A DNA stretch of 64,000 bases from Hormiphora californensis. Taxonomy: Eukaryota; Animalia; Ctenophora. Position numbers and translations under genes: made by a program. The stretch spans positions 8,432,001 to 8,496,000 of the forward strand of contig CM035350.1 in the NCBI GenBank assembly GCA_020137815.1, written 5' to 3'. The notes beneath the pieces are model-generated. The model made no database searches. It saw only the letters and a list, made by a program, of their open reading frames with translations, and was not told where the DNA came from. Shown here piece by piece: positions 1 to 12,488 of this stretch; within the stretch, counting starts at the first letter, position 1, and every line of letters starts with the position of its first letter.

Positions 1-310
1 TTCCCCCCCTTCCCAGTAAACTATGAAGTGTCTCTCCATCTCGTTCGAGAGAGATAAAAGGGCGACTTGGGGCGGCCCGAACAGAGAGGGTAAGAAGACG
101 AGGGGGAGAAAAAGGGGACGGGGAAACAGGGGGGGGGAGGAAAAAAGAGAGGAAGAAAAAGGGGGAAAAGGAAAAAGGAGAGGGGAAAAAGGGGGGAAGG
201 GGGGGGGGGGGGGGTTTTCCCCCCCTCGAAAAAATAAATTTGAAAAGATCAAAATCGAATCGAAAGAAGTGAAAAACGGGACGAAAAGGAGGGTGACAGT
301 AAGACACTAG
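1..310. other. Low-complexity purine-rich sequence, probably a low-quality contig end
   Basis: G/A homopolymer runs; the ORF is only G/K/E/R; no motif. Confidence 0.6.
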
Positions 311-385
311 GCAGGGACAACATTGACAATGGTCAATCATCGGTCAATTAAAAGACGGACTAAAGGCTGATTGACAAAGATTGTA

Positions 386-517
386 CATTCGCGGACCCTG
401 ATTTACCGGAACCCCGATTTACCGGGAGCAAAAATTTCACACGATATAGGAAATTAACGGTATTTGACCCCGATATACCGGGCAAGCCCCTTTCCCCGGT
501 AAATCGGGGTCCGACTG
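386..517. mobile_element. Tc1/mariner-type MITE (CAGTCGGACCCCGATTTACCGGG-type ends)
   Basis: Right end cccggtaaatcggggtccgactg followed by TA; degenerate left end ta-cattcgcggaccctgatttaccgg; a related remnant lies at about 27620-27642. Confidence 0.65.
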
Positions 518-691
518 TACATATTTTGTTAAGTTAAGTTGTTTCCAATAAATTAGTTTAAATTCTGATCCACTTTGTTCTAATTATTTTAATTATTTTT
601 TCCAAAATTATTTGATCAACTTCAGATCGGGACCTCGGTCTTGGTGTGTCAGGGGTTCGTGTGTAAAGATGCTATTTTTGTCACTCATAAC

Positions 692-985
692 GTCGTAAAA
701 GGCAGTAAGTCAGTTTTGGGGTAGAACGAAGTAAGTCAAGCCCTCTAAAAAAATTTCGTGTGACTTACTGCCTTTTACGCGTCTGTGTGAAATTTTGCTG
801 ACTTACTGCGTTTTACGAAACAACTAGCAAAAAAGCTTGTTATGCTTGCAGTAGATCCTTCAGTTTTCAAGATCTGAGTATGAGACTCAGCTTATCTGAA
901 AGAGCTTCAAATTCTGAAGAAGAAGGTACCAATATCTCAATTTTCGTAAAAATTGACTTAGTGCCTTTTACGTTAAAACGGCAGT
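692..985. mobile_element. MITE-like element with repeated GTAAAAGGCAGTAAGTCA motifs
   Basis: cgtaaaaggcagtaagtca (about 694) is inverted against tgacttactgccttttacg (about 761); further copies at about 799 and 953. Confidence 0.4.
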
Positions 986-1145
986 ATTATAGGGGATGTG
1001 GCTTATGTGTGTGCCTTATTAATATTATAGCTAGTGATATTGATCAGAAGCGAGGCTCAGGATCTCGTATTTTTAATCGTGTCTCAGTCCTTAGCTCAAA
1101 AAAACTGGATAAGACTTATTTGGTAGGTAAAATTAATATTTTCAG

Positions 1146-4100
1146 GGTAGCAGAGGTACTTCTGGTGGGAATAACTCTTAGCAGTCTGTGTTTTATCCTT
1201 TCTAACACTGTTGGAACCTGTACACATTGGAGTCTCACTGGGTAATTTGTGTGTCTTTCTCTGCAGTCAAATCTTTTTTTCGAAGTTGTTTCAGTTTGTT
1301 TCGAATTGTATTGTCTCTCTGCATGATCTATAATAATCTGTCACTTCCCCCTTCCTTCACCGTATCATTATCATTCCCAGGTTAGACCCAGTTATCTCTG
1401 AGAGTATGCTGAAACATGGGAACTGTAGTGGAGGACTTTACAATGACTACATGACGTTGGCATTTACCTCCCAGGAAGATTCTATCAAGCTGCTCTTCCA
1501 CCATTTTAACCACTCAGGTAGGATTCTATCAAGCTGCTCTTCCACCATTTCAACCACTCAGGTAGGATTCTATCAAGCTGCTCTTCCACCATTTTAACCA
1601 CTCAGGTAGGATTCTATCAAGCTGCTCTTCCACCATTTCAACCACTCAGGTAGGATTCTATCAAGCTGCTCTTCCACCATTTCAACCACTCAGGTAGGAT
1701 TCTATCAAGTTGCTCTTCCACCATTTCAACCACTCAGGTAGGATTCTATCAAGCTGCTCTTCCACCATTTCAACCACTCAGGTAGGATTCTATCAAGCTG
1801 CTCTTCCACCATTTCAACCACTCAGGTAGGATTCTATCAAGCTGCTCTTCCACCATTTCAACCACTCAGGTAGGATTCTATCAAGCTGCTCTTCCACCAT
1901 TTCAACCACTCAGGTAGGATTCTATCAAGCTGCTCTTCCACCATTTCAACCACTCAGGTAGGATTCTATCAAGCTGCTCTTCCACCATTTCAACCACTCA
2001 GGTAGGATTCTATCAAGCTGCTCTTCCACCATTTCAACCACTCAGGTAGGATTCTACCAAGCTGCTCTCCCACCATTTCAACCACTCAGGTAGGATTCTA
2101 TCAAGCTGCTCTTCCACCATTTTAACCACTCAGGTAGGATTCTATCAAGCTGCTCTTCCACCATTTCAACTACTCAGGTAGGATTCTATCAAGCTGCTCT
2201 TCCACCATTTCAACCACTCAGGTAGGATTCTATCAAGCTGCTCTTCCACCATTTCAACCACTCAGGTGTCTATGTCACCAAATCATTAGTATGTTGCAAT
2301 TTATCATCTGACTTGGTACCCCATTTCAAGGGTCCGGGTGATTATATATGGGTGGATTTTTTAATTTCTCTGTTTTAGTAAACCCAGATGGCGAGTTGGT
2401 GGTCCCAAGCAGTCCCACATATCACGTTCTAACTCTGGTAGTGCTGTTTATTGTTCTATTCTTTGCTGCCTGTTGGACATATGGAATCGGTAAGTAACAA
2501 AATGTGACAGTTTGTCACAATTTGATTGCTGTTCAGGTATCACCTTTCATAAGTTGAATTTTAATTTTACTATTTTGATAACCCCCCTCCCCAACTCAGG
2601 TGTACCAAGTGGGTTATTTGTGCCCAGTCTGCTGATTGGTGCAGTGTATGGTAGAATTTGTGGGTACCTTTATCAGCTACTATTTATTAGCGATCACAAC
2701 GAGGAGACGGGAGACAGGTGAATAAATTATTTTGTGAAAAAAAACTTGACTAGCTCTACCGCTACGTAACCGCTAGACAGTGAATAATGACTTGGTTTTA
2801 TTGAACTGTGTTAGAGTTATCCCTCCTCCCCTACTCAATTGTTTCCAGTGCATTCTATCCTGGTACGTACAGTTTGATAGGAGCTGCAGCATTCCTGGGA
2901 GGGGTGGTACGGATGACTATCAGCCTGACTGTCATACTAATTGAAACTACTAGAAATATCAGCTACGGCCTTCCTATCATGCTAACTCTCATGGTAAGAG
3001 AATTATATTATGTACTGCATTCAGTTTTGATTTGAAAATTAACTCTTACTTGACCTTCTATCACCACACCATAATATTTGAGTAATTGAAAATATAATTG
3101 TAGGTTGCCAAGTGGGTAGGAGACTTGTTTAACCGTGGTTTATACGATATTCACATTGAGTTGAAACACTGGCCTCTTTTGGAGTGGGAGGCTCATTCAA
3201 CTGCTGAAAAGTGAGTGAGTGACAGTCATATAGTGTGAACCATTCCTAGAAGTAGGACAATTTACTTTATAGCCTACTCTCTCACACAATAGGATAAGTG
3301 CAGCAGATATAATGCAAAGCAAGCTAGAATGGATCAGTCCGACGCCAACTGTTGGTAGATTAGTGGAAATTCTAAAACGAACTAAACACTCCGCTTTCCC
3401 CGTCTGCGTCTACACGTGAGTACCAGGCCACCGGTGGCTTTGAGTATGAGAACATTTGGCAAGCGAGAAGAAGCCCGACGGTTAAAGGGACCCCTTTGCT
3501 CGCTGCCTAGTGCCCTATAATTCCCTATTTCAGGAGCTTGTAACCCGAAGGAGCATGAGGGATGTGATGGAGCCCTACATAATAGATCCCATCTAAAACT
3601 AGTGGGTCTGATTCTTCGATCCCAAATTGTAACCCTCCTTAAACTGGAACACTTCAGGAAAATATCTGATGAGAAGGTATGGAACTCGAAAGTTTGGCGT
3701 TTTGAAATAAAATGGAATTTCGTTTCGAAAATGAAATTTGTCTGCCGATCTCAGAAACTGCATAGTCGTCGCGCGCGAGGTATCAATAACTGACCACCTC
3801 GCGCGCACGACCGTTCCTGTGTGTAACTTTAAACCACGCGAAGTGCGGCAGTTGTGTTCGGAAATATGGTCCACACTGCACTTGCACTTCCGTTGTTGTA
3901 CACCACATGACACACTACGTTATCTCTCCCCCAGCTGCCACTGATAAGCTACCCTGAGCTGACCCAGTTTTACCCAAAACACCCAGACATTGATGATGTA
4001 ACTCTGGAGTTTGATCAACAAAATCTTGTCATGGTGAGTCTCAGTGAGTGTGAGTGTGAGTGTGAGTGTGAGTCTCAGTCAGTGTCAGTGTGAGTGTGAG

Positions 4101-4854
4101 TGTAACTCACACTGTGAGGGGTGTTATACTTATAGTCATAGTCACACTGTGAGGATTGAATTTGAAGTTCAAGTTGAAATTCAAATGTGTGAGAGTGAGA
4201 CTGAGAGTGATTTCATGAATTGTAACAGTAACACAAAACCCCTTCTCTTCAGGATATAGACCACTATATGAACCCTAGTCCCTACACCGTCTCCCCTCTG
4301 TCTCCTATCACCAAGGTGTTTACCTTTTTCCGTTCCTTGGGACTCCGCCATCTGGTCGTGGTGAACAACAGAGGAGAGGTGAGTTGTTCAAACTACTTTA
4401 GGCGGTAGTTACCTAAGCTACTCTAGCCGTCCCCCTATCGGTATCACTGTTATCAGTTTATCAATGCAATAACACACAGCTCAGCCTGCCCAATTGATTT
4501 GTTGGTCACCTTCCCAATATGAAACCTTCCCTCCCAGGTATCGGGTATAACTATAATAATACTGACACACACACCTTCCCTCACAGCTGTGCACAGGTAT
4601 CGGGTATGATAATACTGACACACACACACACCTTCCCTCCCAGGTATCGGGTATAATAATACTGACACACGCACCTTCCCTCACAGGTATCGGGTATAAT
4701 AACCCGGGCAGAGCTCCAGGAACACTATATAGACCGGGTCTACAGGGAGAAAGAGGAGTGCCACACATCACTAACTAACACGTGTGTTGCCAGCCCTGGA
4801 AACCTGTACTCAATACAGGATCCTACCAGCAGAATTATTAACTCTATTAAGTAA
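1146..4854 (+). CDS. CLCN6: CLC chloride/proton antiporter, CLCN6/7 type; 3' part of a multi-exon gene (5' exons not in the window)
   Basis: Spliced exons give [73 protein letters not shown] and CBS domains ([32 protein letters not shown]). Last exon 4687-4854 ends at TAA. Confidence 0.9.
1478..2267 (+). repeat. 44-bp tandem array, 18 copies, duplicating the last 40 nt of a CLC exon plus its 5' splice donor
   Basis: Unit gattctatcaagctgctcttccaccatttcaaccactcag|gtag starts at 1478, 1522, 1566 ... 2226. Confidence 0.95.
4526..4702 (+). repeat. Four imperfect copies of the CLC last-exon acceptor and exon start
   Basis: cag|gtatcgggtat with AG ending at 4537, 4596, 4643 and 4686; only the last copy continues in frame as [10 protein letters not shown]. 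Confidence 0.85.
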
Positions 4855-6144
4855 TTAGGAGGACAGAACAATATAATAAATAAATATATGTGTGACGTTT
4901 TTAATGTTTTTAATTTGTTTATAATTGTATTTTTTTGATTTAGTGAACTAAGTTGTATTTACGAGTTACCGGTTGATAAAACAGGCGTCGTGTTGGCCAA
5001 GGAGGGACTTGGAGCATTGCAGAGCGGCCAAGCATGACCTATATTTGTTTTGGCCCTTGGGTTTGTTGAGTGGGGTGCAGGGGACCCCTTACTCGACAAC
5101 CTTGGGTAGGATCTTGGAGGATGGAAATGTTGGCTGACTTCCAAGTTTATCTGGACAACATGACCAGTTGTCCTGGTCACAGCCACAATCTCACCCGGTC
5201 CTTTTTATCCAAAAATTTTGGATTTTGTCATTACGTATACGATGAGTAAAACTGGAAGTCAGCCAAGATATTTCCATCCTATCATTATCAAGTCCTACTC
5301 CAGTCACATGACACACGAAGTGAGGTAACTTGAGGGACGGAAAGAATGGGCGAAAATTATAGAGCAACATAGTAGTATCTAGAAATTCAATCGCTCCCCC
5401 CCCCCCTACACGCAGACTGCAGCAGGAGTGTGTGACGTATGCTAACACGATGACAGTTGACACGTAGCCAAAGTGTTAAAATTGTATTCCACTCGCACTG
5501 GAGCGTGCCTATATGAATTGACCTTGTTGTTGCAAAGTGGGAGCTCAACTCAATGAGATATGCTCCAGAGAATTTAGTGGACCTTGTTTCTCTGTCACAA
5601 TGTTTCTGTGATAATATTATGTGGGTTTCTGTGATAATATTATGTGGGTGTCGCTCCATAGTTGCCATAATTGCACCTTGACTTTGAGTCAAAGACCCAA
5701 GCTGCGATTATACTGTTTCAGACACAATACAATAAGAGGGGGTAGAGTGCTTACATTTCGTTCCGTGTCTCCCGCTCACAATGCTTTTATATATATGCCT
5801 TTTGAAATTAAATGTTACCTTCTCTTGAACTCGCCCCAAAGAATCTTATTATACTCCGATCCATTCGAGTAGAACTAAATGCTGTCTAGCATGATACCAT
5901 GAAGGTCTCCTTCCTTATCAGGGCGGTTTCTAGAAATAGAATCTTGGGAAAAAGCTGAGCACTATAAATCGAAAGGCACGGTCCTAATATATCCCTTCAT
6001 TGTTTGAAGAATTTTGGGAGTTCCTTTACGCTTGAAAAGAGTGCAGGATAAACGCAGCTGGAACTAATCTAATTTTACAACAACAATTTAAATAGTCCAC
6101 CATATATTTTTCCTAAATGCTGTTCTATCTATTTCTTGGCCATT

Positions 6145-6476
<332 letters not shown>

Positions 6477-7534
6477 TCCTCCTTCCCTTTTAGCGTTTAT
6501 AGTGGCTCATCGGTTTACTTGTTTACTGAAACGTGAAGCCATTTACAGCCGAGAGAGAATGGTTTCTCGCACACGCTAAAATACAACCGAGCTTTTCGTT
6601 GCAGTAGTCGATACGCATGAAATTACCGCACAATTTACATTGATCTCACGGCCATTCCATCGGCCAGGCCTTGTCCCACCCTCCTATAATACCCCCTGCT
6701 ATAATCCTTCAGAAGGGTTTCTGGCTTTTGAACTGAATTCCACGAAATATGGCCGGGCCCTTTGATACACAAATATATTGCTCCTTTATATCGATCGTGA
6801 TCTAAAAATATAGGCCAACAGCCAACAAATTGTTGAACAATTGTTTGAAATTTCTGAGAAAAAAACTTGAACGCTGATTGGCTGATGGCTATATTTCCTA
6901 GAAAGTCCAACGAATTAGAATTGGCAACTTGATACTTTTTACTCTTGGTTTACTCAATGGTCTCAGTCTGTGAGATATGAACTCATTCTTCAAGAATTTC
7001 TTGTACCGCGGTTGTTGCTTGTCTATTGGTATAGGTTTCAAACCTTTTAATGGATCATCCTAACCCACTTGTTTTCATTTGTTTGTCATCCTAACCCATG
7101 GTAGTCATACATTGACACATTGTTCTACAACTGTCCTATGTGTATCATGCCATACCGCCATAACAAAGTAAACCCGTAAAACAGTGTAAATGGCTAAGGA
7201 TCATGTTGATGTACAGTTACAAGGTGGAAAGAGAGCGGTGACAGGCTAATGCGTAATGAAGAGTAATAATTTGGATTAACTGCAAATTTTACTACATGTC
7301 TTATATTACACAGAGCCTAAGCTGCTAATTACCCGCAGCGGTGGTGACTAAATCAGCACACACATGATGCACAGCTGCAGTCTCTCCTCCTGCATTCTGA
7401 CTTGTGAGACATTAGGGGGTATGTATAAACCCGGATAACCCGGTTGGTATCGAAGACACCTCACACTCTGGCAAGGGGTAACTTCGTAACCAAATAACGG
7501 GTAGTCCAGATAATTGATGTTTTCAGGAAAGTTA

Positions 7535-7849
7535 TGTCAATATGATGTTGGGAAGGTGGACGAATGGAAACACGGTAGATAACGGGTGGTTAACAAAATA
7601 GACGGATCAGGTAGTACAACGTTAAGGTAGTTCGATATTGGGAATCTGACAAAGTGCTTGTCAACTTAAAACTCATTCGATCTTCACAAGAAGCACGTGC
7701 GCGCACTTGAAAGGTGCATTTCAAGTGCGTGCACAAAAGTGTCACATACTAATGATCAGTTCGCGCGTTACGTCCGGTAGGCGGTAACAACTGCGACAGT
7801 GTGTCCCACGGAACAATACACTCAATCTCATGACACACAGCTCATGACA
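7535..7849 (-). repeat. 3' LTR
   Basis: Direct repeat of 12489-12803. Confidence 0.95.
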
Positions 7850-8142
7850 CTCCCCTCTATTTCTTTCTCAAAAGGACTTACCGAACTCGAGACCGATGAG
7901 GCAATGAAATTGAACGCCGAGAGGGTTCCAAACCGTGTCAAGGCTAAAACTGTCATTTGTCAATGTCGTAACAATACAAGTGAGAGTTAACTGGGAAAAA
8001 CTAACAATGTGGAAATACTGAGGTACGAAAAGGTACATGTTGTCTTTGTCTGGAAGAAAAATAGAAAACAAAGTCAGTTGTCCGATAAAATATTTAAACT
8101 GGAGAAATAAAGTTAAAAAAAACAAGTAGGTTGAAAAACACA

Positions 8143-11100
8143 CTAGATCATCCTCTCGATCACTCTGGGACTCACTCCTCGCTTTGTGAGTACATCAGCG
8201 GGGTTAGACTTCGACTCCACCCAGTTGATGGATGCTTCCCCCTTTTCGACCTTCTCTTGAACTTCACGTAGCTCCAAGATGCTTCCCTTATCGGTTGGTA
8301 CAGCTGAGACGGAGTTTGCCAAACTCACAACTTGTGCGGAGTCTGTGTAAAGTCTGATGGGAGGGTCAAAAGATAGTTCCTGGAGGAGGGCTTTGATCAT
8401 AACTCCATATCCCAATCCTTCAGATACAGCATACAATTCTGCGGCAAAGACGCTCTTCACTACACGTTTTACCTTGCCACACGAGTAGGCGATCAAATTG
8501 AAATCAGAGCTGTCTCCCCAGAAAACTACAACTCCTGCTCCGCTCTTTCTGTCAGCTAGGTTGCCGAGACTGGCATCAGTGTAAACAATTATCTCAGCTG
8601 TGGTAGGGTTAAAAGGGGAAAAGGTTATCGTTGAAGGAGAAAGGTTGGTCACAATCTTCTTCAGTTCTTTGAACTCTTTGCCGGTCCAGGGTGATTTCGT
8701 CGTAATGTCAAGGAGACTGAAACTGATCTGTGGCATACTTTGGGTAGCCAGCCAGTTCAACTTTCCGATCACCGTTCTCATATAGGATTGAAGATTCTCA
8801 TCAACCTCTTCTTGATTCTGTGGTACCGGTTTAACAGCTTTCATCTTGTCCAGGATATCCTCTCTCACAAACTTACAATACTGTTCCTGGGTTACACAAA
8901 TATCAATTCCTTGCTGTTTCAACTGCCATCCCAGGTAGTTGAATTCAGTTGTTTCAACTCTTCCTATCTTGTAGTTGTCAAGAGCGGGTTTAACTTTCTT
9001 GTAGAAGTTGTGATCACCAGTAATAAGAATATCATCCACATGAATTACTAGTAATCCTTGTAGTTTCCCGTCATCTCCAGTGGTGAAAAATACATTCTTG
9101 TCAATTCTTGACATCTGGAGAGTGTTTTTCAACGTTGCGGTGAGTGACATGTACCATCTTCTTCCCGCGTCACCAAGACCGTACAGTGGTTTATTTAGTT
9201 TCCACAGTACATCCTTCCTCTTGAGGTAAGCTGGGGGTTTGATGAACACATCTCTTGTCATCTTGTCTGACTGTAGGTAGGCACTGGTTACATCAACACT
9301 TTTCAGGGTCCAGTTACTGGTAGTTGCCAAACTTAGCAAGATCCTCACTGCGTGTTTAGTAACAGTCGGTGAGTTAGTCGGGTCCTCGAGTTTTTCCTCA
9401 AATCCTCGGGCCACCAGCCTGGCTTTCACTGTGCCATCATCTTTCCGTGTCATCACCCATCTGGTGGTGACTGGTTGTTGTCCTGTATCGGGTACTTCCT
9501 CGAAAACATTGAATTCACGGAGTTTGTCAATCTCCCTATTTCGTGCTGTCTGCACTTCTTCCTTGCCCAGTTTAGATGCGGCAAGAAGAATGATCTCCTC
9601 AGCATCAGAATCAGGATCTGAGTCCTCTGTGTCTTGATCTAGGGTCTTTGCTGCGTCCTCTGCGGGCTCTGCAGCATCCTCTTTTGGCGTTGATGTGTCC
9701 TCATTGGAGTCAGTCTTTTCCTCATTGGGTCTGGCGCTGTCCTCTGTGGGATCTGGCTCTATGTCTCTCTGACCAGGTGTATCCTCAGTATCCGGGCTGG
9801 TTTCACTTTCAGGAACTCTCACAACAACAGGTCCACTTGTTGTGGCCTCATCCTCCTGCTGGTCCTCGGTTGGGACGGCTATCTCTGCATAAGTAGGTTC
9901 TCTGGGAACTTCTTCAATGTTACTCTCACTGTGTCCATCTTGTGGAGTGTCCTCTTCGGGATCTGTTTCACTAGGGATGAGTAATTCATCTGCAGGATGC
10001 TCTGGTGGGGGGGTTTGTCGTCGGTTGTGCCGGAGATTGTATTTTCTGGTCGGTTCACGGACTGTCTTCTTTGGACGTCTGACTCTGCTAGCCTTCGGTG
10101 GCTGCAATTTAGATTTCTCTATCGGTTCCGGGACATCTTCATCAGTCGTCACTTCCGGTGCAGTCTGCATCTCGGGGACGTGTCTCTTGGAACTTGATTC
10201 CTCGTGTCGTTTGTACTCCTCTTTCCGTTGTTGGTCCTCTGGGGGTTCTTGTCTTTGTTGTACCAGTCTCACTTTGCATGGGTGTGCTCTTAGTAGTTGC
10301 CCGCCGTGTTTAATCAGTACTTGGTTCTCAGTCATTCCAACTACAGTTGCAGGTCCCAACCAGGTCTTGTGTTGCTCACGTTTATAATACACCTTATCTC
10401 CCTGGACGTAGGTGGTCTGATCCTGTGTTGGTCCTGAACTTGCTAGAGCTCTCTTTAATCTGCTTGCATTCTCGAGTTGGATGAATTTCTCCCTGGCGGT
10501 CTTCATGGCTTTGATATTGTCTGAAATCACTTGGTCCTCACTCTTCTGGTCTCCATGGGCAGGTAAACAATCATCATTCAGTACACTGGGAAAGGTAGGA
10601 TTGCTCCCAAACACGAGTTGGTGTGGTGAGAATCCCATCTGGTTAGTCAACTGGTTCTTCGCATTGGAAGCCCAAGCACAAGCTACAGTTATACTGCACT
10701 TCGTGTCATCTTTGGTCTTCTCAACCATCTTTCCAAGAATACTGTTATGTCTCTCACAGATCCCATTGCACCAAGGACTTTCTGCTGGAGTAGACTTTAA
10801 TTCGATTCCAAGTCTGCTCGCCATCTCAAGTAGGGTATCATTGATGAACTCGCCACCGTTGTCGCTGAGAATTCTCTGTGGACGTCCAAAAATGCTAATC
10901 CAGCTTGTGAAGAACTTCTGGGTGATCTCAGTTCCAGTTTTTGATTTCACGGGGACCATTACACTGTATCTGGTCAGTGTGTCAATGATGTGAAGTACCC
11001 AGCATGATTCTCCAGACTTGAACTTCAGCATCTTGAGATCCATAGCGAGACATTCGTTGAATGTTTTGCTGAGAGGTAGAGCTACTTTCCTCCGTGGTTT

Positions 11101-12462
11101 GGATGCACTGTGTTCGAGACAGTTTTCACATTCTTGTGTGACCCTGGTGAGTTCTTGACAAATCTCAGACTTTCGAGGGTGATCCGAGGATTTAACAATA
11201 TCCTGGATCTTGGAGACTGAACCATGAGCAAAGTATTTGTGGAGTTTCTTGGCAATTGCTGAAGGAGAGATCCCTGAACAAGAATTAGTTAACAAAGTAG
11301 TGGGTGAAAGCTTCTTATTAAGGTCAATTGTCACATGTCCAGTGTCAGTAAGATGTAATGTAGTTGTCTTACCCGAGACACGGAGTTGATCCCTCTCAAA
11401 GTCAATCACTGCACCCATCTGACTCAATAAGTGCCTGGATAGGAGAAGGGGAATGTTAATATCAAGAACATATACCGCAAACTCAGTAAACTTCACACCG
11501 AAAATATCAGTTGGGATATAAGCAATCATAGTAGAGTTAACTCCTGATAAATCACCAAATGTAAATCTTCTCTGTTCACATGATTCTCTTCTCACTCGAA
11601 TACACGACTCTTTCTCAAAATTCTTCAACCAATCACTGCCACACACACTTTTAGCGGCGCCAGTATCAAGCAACGCACGAAGTCCCACTTGCTCGGATAA
11701 AGACAAGACATAGTCCGTTTCAACGCTCATCTTGTACACTCCTGTGGCATCGCCACTCTGACCTCGTCGACCCCCAGATCCACGCTGACCACGTCCTCCA
11801 CCACGTTTACCCCGTACGGCACCACGCCGATTGTAACACTCAGAGGCAATGTGACCAGTCTTCTTACAATTGTAACAGACAACTAGAGTCAATGTTTCAG
11901 AGGTTTGATCGGTTTCAGCAGCTGAGGGTAGGGTCTCCCCATACGCCCTCTTCATCTGTGTGATCATGCATTCCAGACTGATTTCAACACAGGTAGCTCT
12001 GAGGAGTCGTTTCTGTTCATCGGAGATGTTAGATTGTTCCAAAAGTCTGTAGGCTAACACTTGTGATCCATAGAGTTTGTGATGGTCATCGACTCCAGCC
12101 TGCTGTCGGAGCTCCCCAAGTCGGGTGGAAAACTCTGATATAAAATCTGACATGTTCTGATTAGCTGGTCTGATAAAGTTCTCAAAAGCTTCAATGGCGG
12201 AAAAGAGTGAAACAGTTTTGTCTCTGCCGAACACTTTCTGAATGGCGTCGAGGAGAATTTTAACACCTTCCTCAGACTTGAGCTGCTCGGTGGGTACGCC
12301 TAGGGCTACTTCCTTTGCACGTCCCTTCATTTGGAGAGCTAACCGGGCCGCCTGTTTCTCCTTGGGGCAGCCAGTACCTAACAGCCAGATGTCGACCTCA
12401 CGGCGATAAGTCTCAAAGTTCGTTTTGTTATCAAAGACCGGGGCATGAATGTCGGATGGCAT
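8143..12462 (-). CDS. Gag-Pol polyprotein, 1439 aa, copia domain order
   Basis: Zn knuckle CYNCKKTGHIASEC; protease LDTGA; integrase HKYFAH...CENC, SDNGGEF, NGICER; RT KARLVARGF, LNKPLYGL, HVDD; RNase H YTDAS...AEL...YTDS...NPADVLTK. Confidence 0.97.
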   Translation of the reverse strand: MPSDIHAPVFDNKTNFETYRREVDIWLLGTGCPKEKQAARLALQMKGRAKEVALGVPTEQLKSEEGVKILLDAIQKVFGRDKTVSLFSAIEAFENFIRPANQNMSDFISEFSTRLGELRQQAGVDDHHKLYGSQVLAYRLLEQSNISDEQKRLLRATCVEISLECMITQMKRAYGETLPSAAETDQTSETLTLVVCYNCKKTGHIASECYNRRGAVRGKRGGGRGQRGSGGRRGQSGDATGVYKMSVETDYVLSLSEQVGLRALLDTGAAKSVCGSDWLKNFEKESCIRVRRESCEQRRFTFGDLSGVNSTMIAYIPTDIFGVKFTEFAVYVLDINIPLLLSRHLLSQMGAVIDFERDQLRVSGKTTTLHLTDTGHVTIDLNKKLSPTTLLTNSCSGISPSAIAKKLHKYFAHGSVSKIQDIVKSSDHPRKSEICQELTRVTQECENCLEHSASKPRRKVALPLSKTFNECLAMDLKMLKFKSGESCWVLHIIDTLTRYSVMVPVKSKTGTEITQKFFTSWISIFGRPQRILSDNGGEFINDTLLEMASRLGIELKSTPAESPWCNGICERHNSILGKMVEKTKDDTKCSITVACAWASNAKNQLTNQMGFSPHQLVFGSNPTFPSVLNDDCLPAHGDQKSEDQVISDNIKAMKTAREKFIQLENASRLKRALASSGPTQDQTTYVQGDKVYYKREQHKTWLGPATVVGMTENQVLIKHGGQLLRAHPCKVRLVQQRQEPPEDQQRKEEYKRHEESSSKRHVPEMQTAPEVTTDEDVPEPIEKSKLQPPKASRVRRPKKTVREPTRKYNLRHNRRQTPPPEHPADELLIPSETDPEEDTPQDGHSESNIEEVPREPTYAEIAVPTEDQQEDEATTSGPVVVRVPESETSPDTEDTPGQRDIEPDPTEDSARPNEEKTDSNEDTSTPKEDAAEPAEDAAKTLDQDTEDSDPDSDAEEIILLAASKLGKEEVQTARNREIDKLREFNVFEEVPDTGQQPVTTRWVMTRKDDGTVKARLVARGFEEKLEDPTNSPTVTKHAVRILLSLATTSNWTLKSVDVTSAYLQSDKMTRDVFIKPPAYLKRKDVLWKLNKPLYGLGDAGRRWYMSLTATLKNTLQMSRIDKNVFFTTGDDGKLQGLLVIHVDDILITGDHNFYKKVKPALDNYKIGRVETTEFNYLGWQLKQQGIDICVTQEQYCKFVREDILDKMKAVKPVPQNQEEVDENLQSYMRTVIGKLNWLATQSMPQISFSLLDITTKSPWTGKEFKELKKIVTNLSPSTITFSPFNPTTAEIIVYTDASLGNLADRKSGAGVVVFWGDSSDFNLIAYSCGKVKRVVKSVFAAELYAVSEGLGYGVMIKALLQELSFDPPIRLYTDSAQVVSLANSVSAVPTDKGSILELREVQEKVEKGEASINWVESKSNPADVLTKRGVSPRVIERMI

Positions 12463-12488
12463 AATGTCGTCAGCTTCACTGCTACCAC

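Noticed and set aside
23-310. 95-aa G/K/E-rich ORF
   Set aside because: Low-complexity sequence at the window edge
1478-2267. CRISPR-like appearance of the 44-, 33-, 32- and 37-bp arrays
   Set aside because: Units are head-to-tail with no unique spacers, there are no cas genes, and the context is eukaryotic introns
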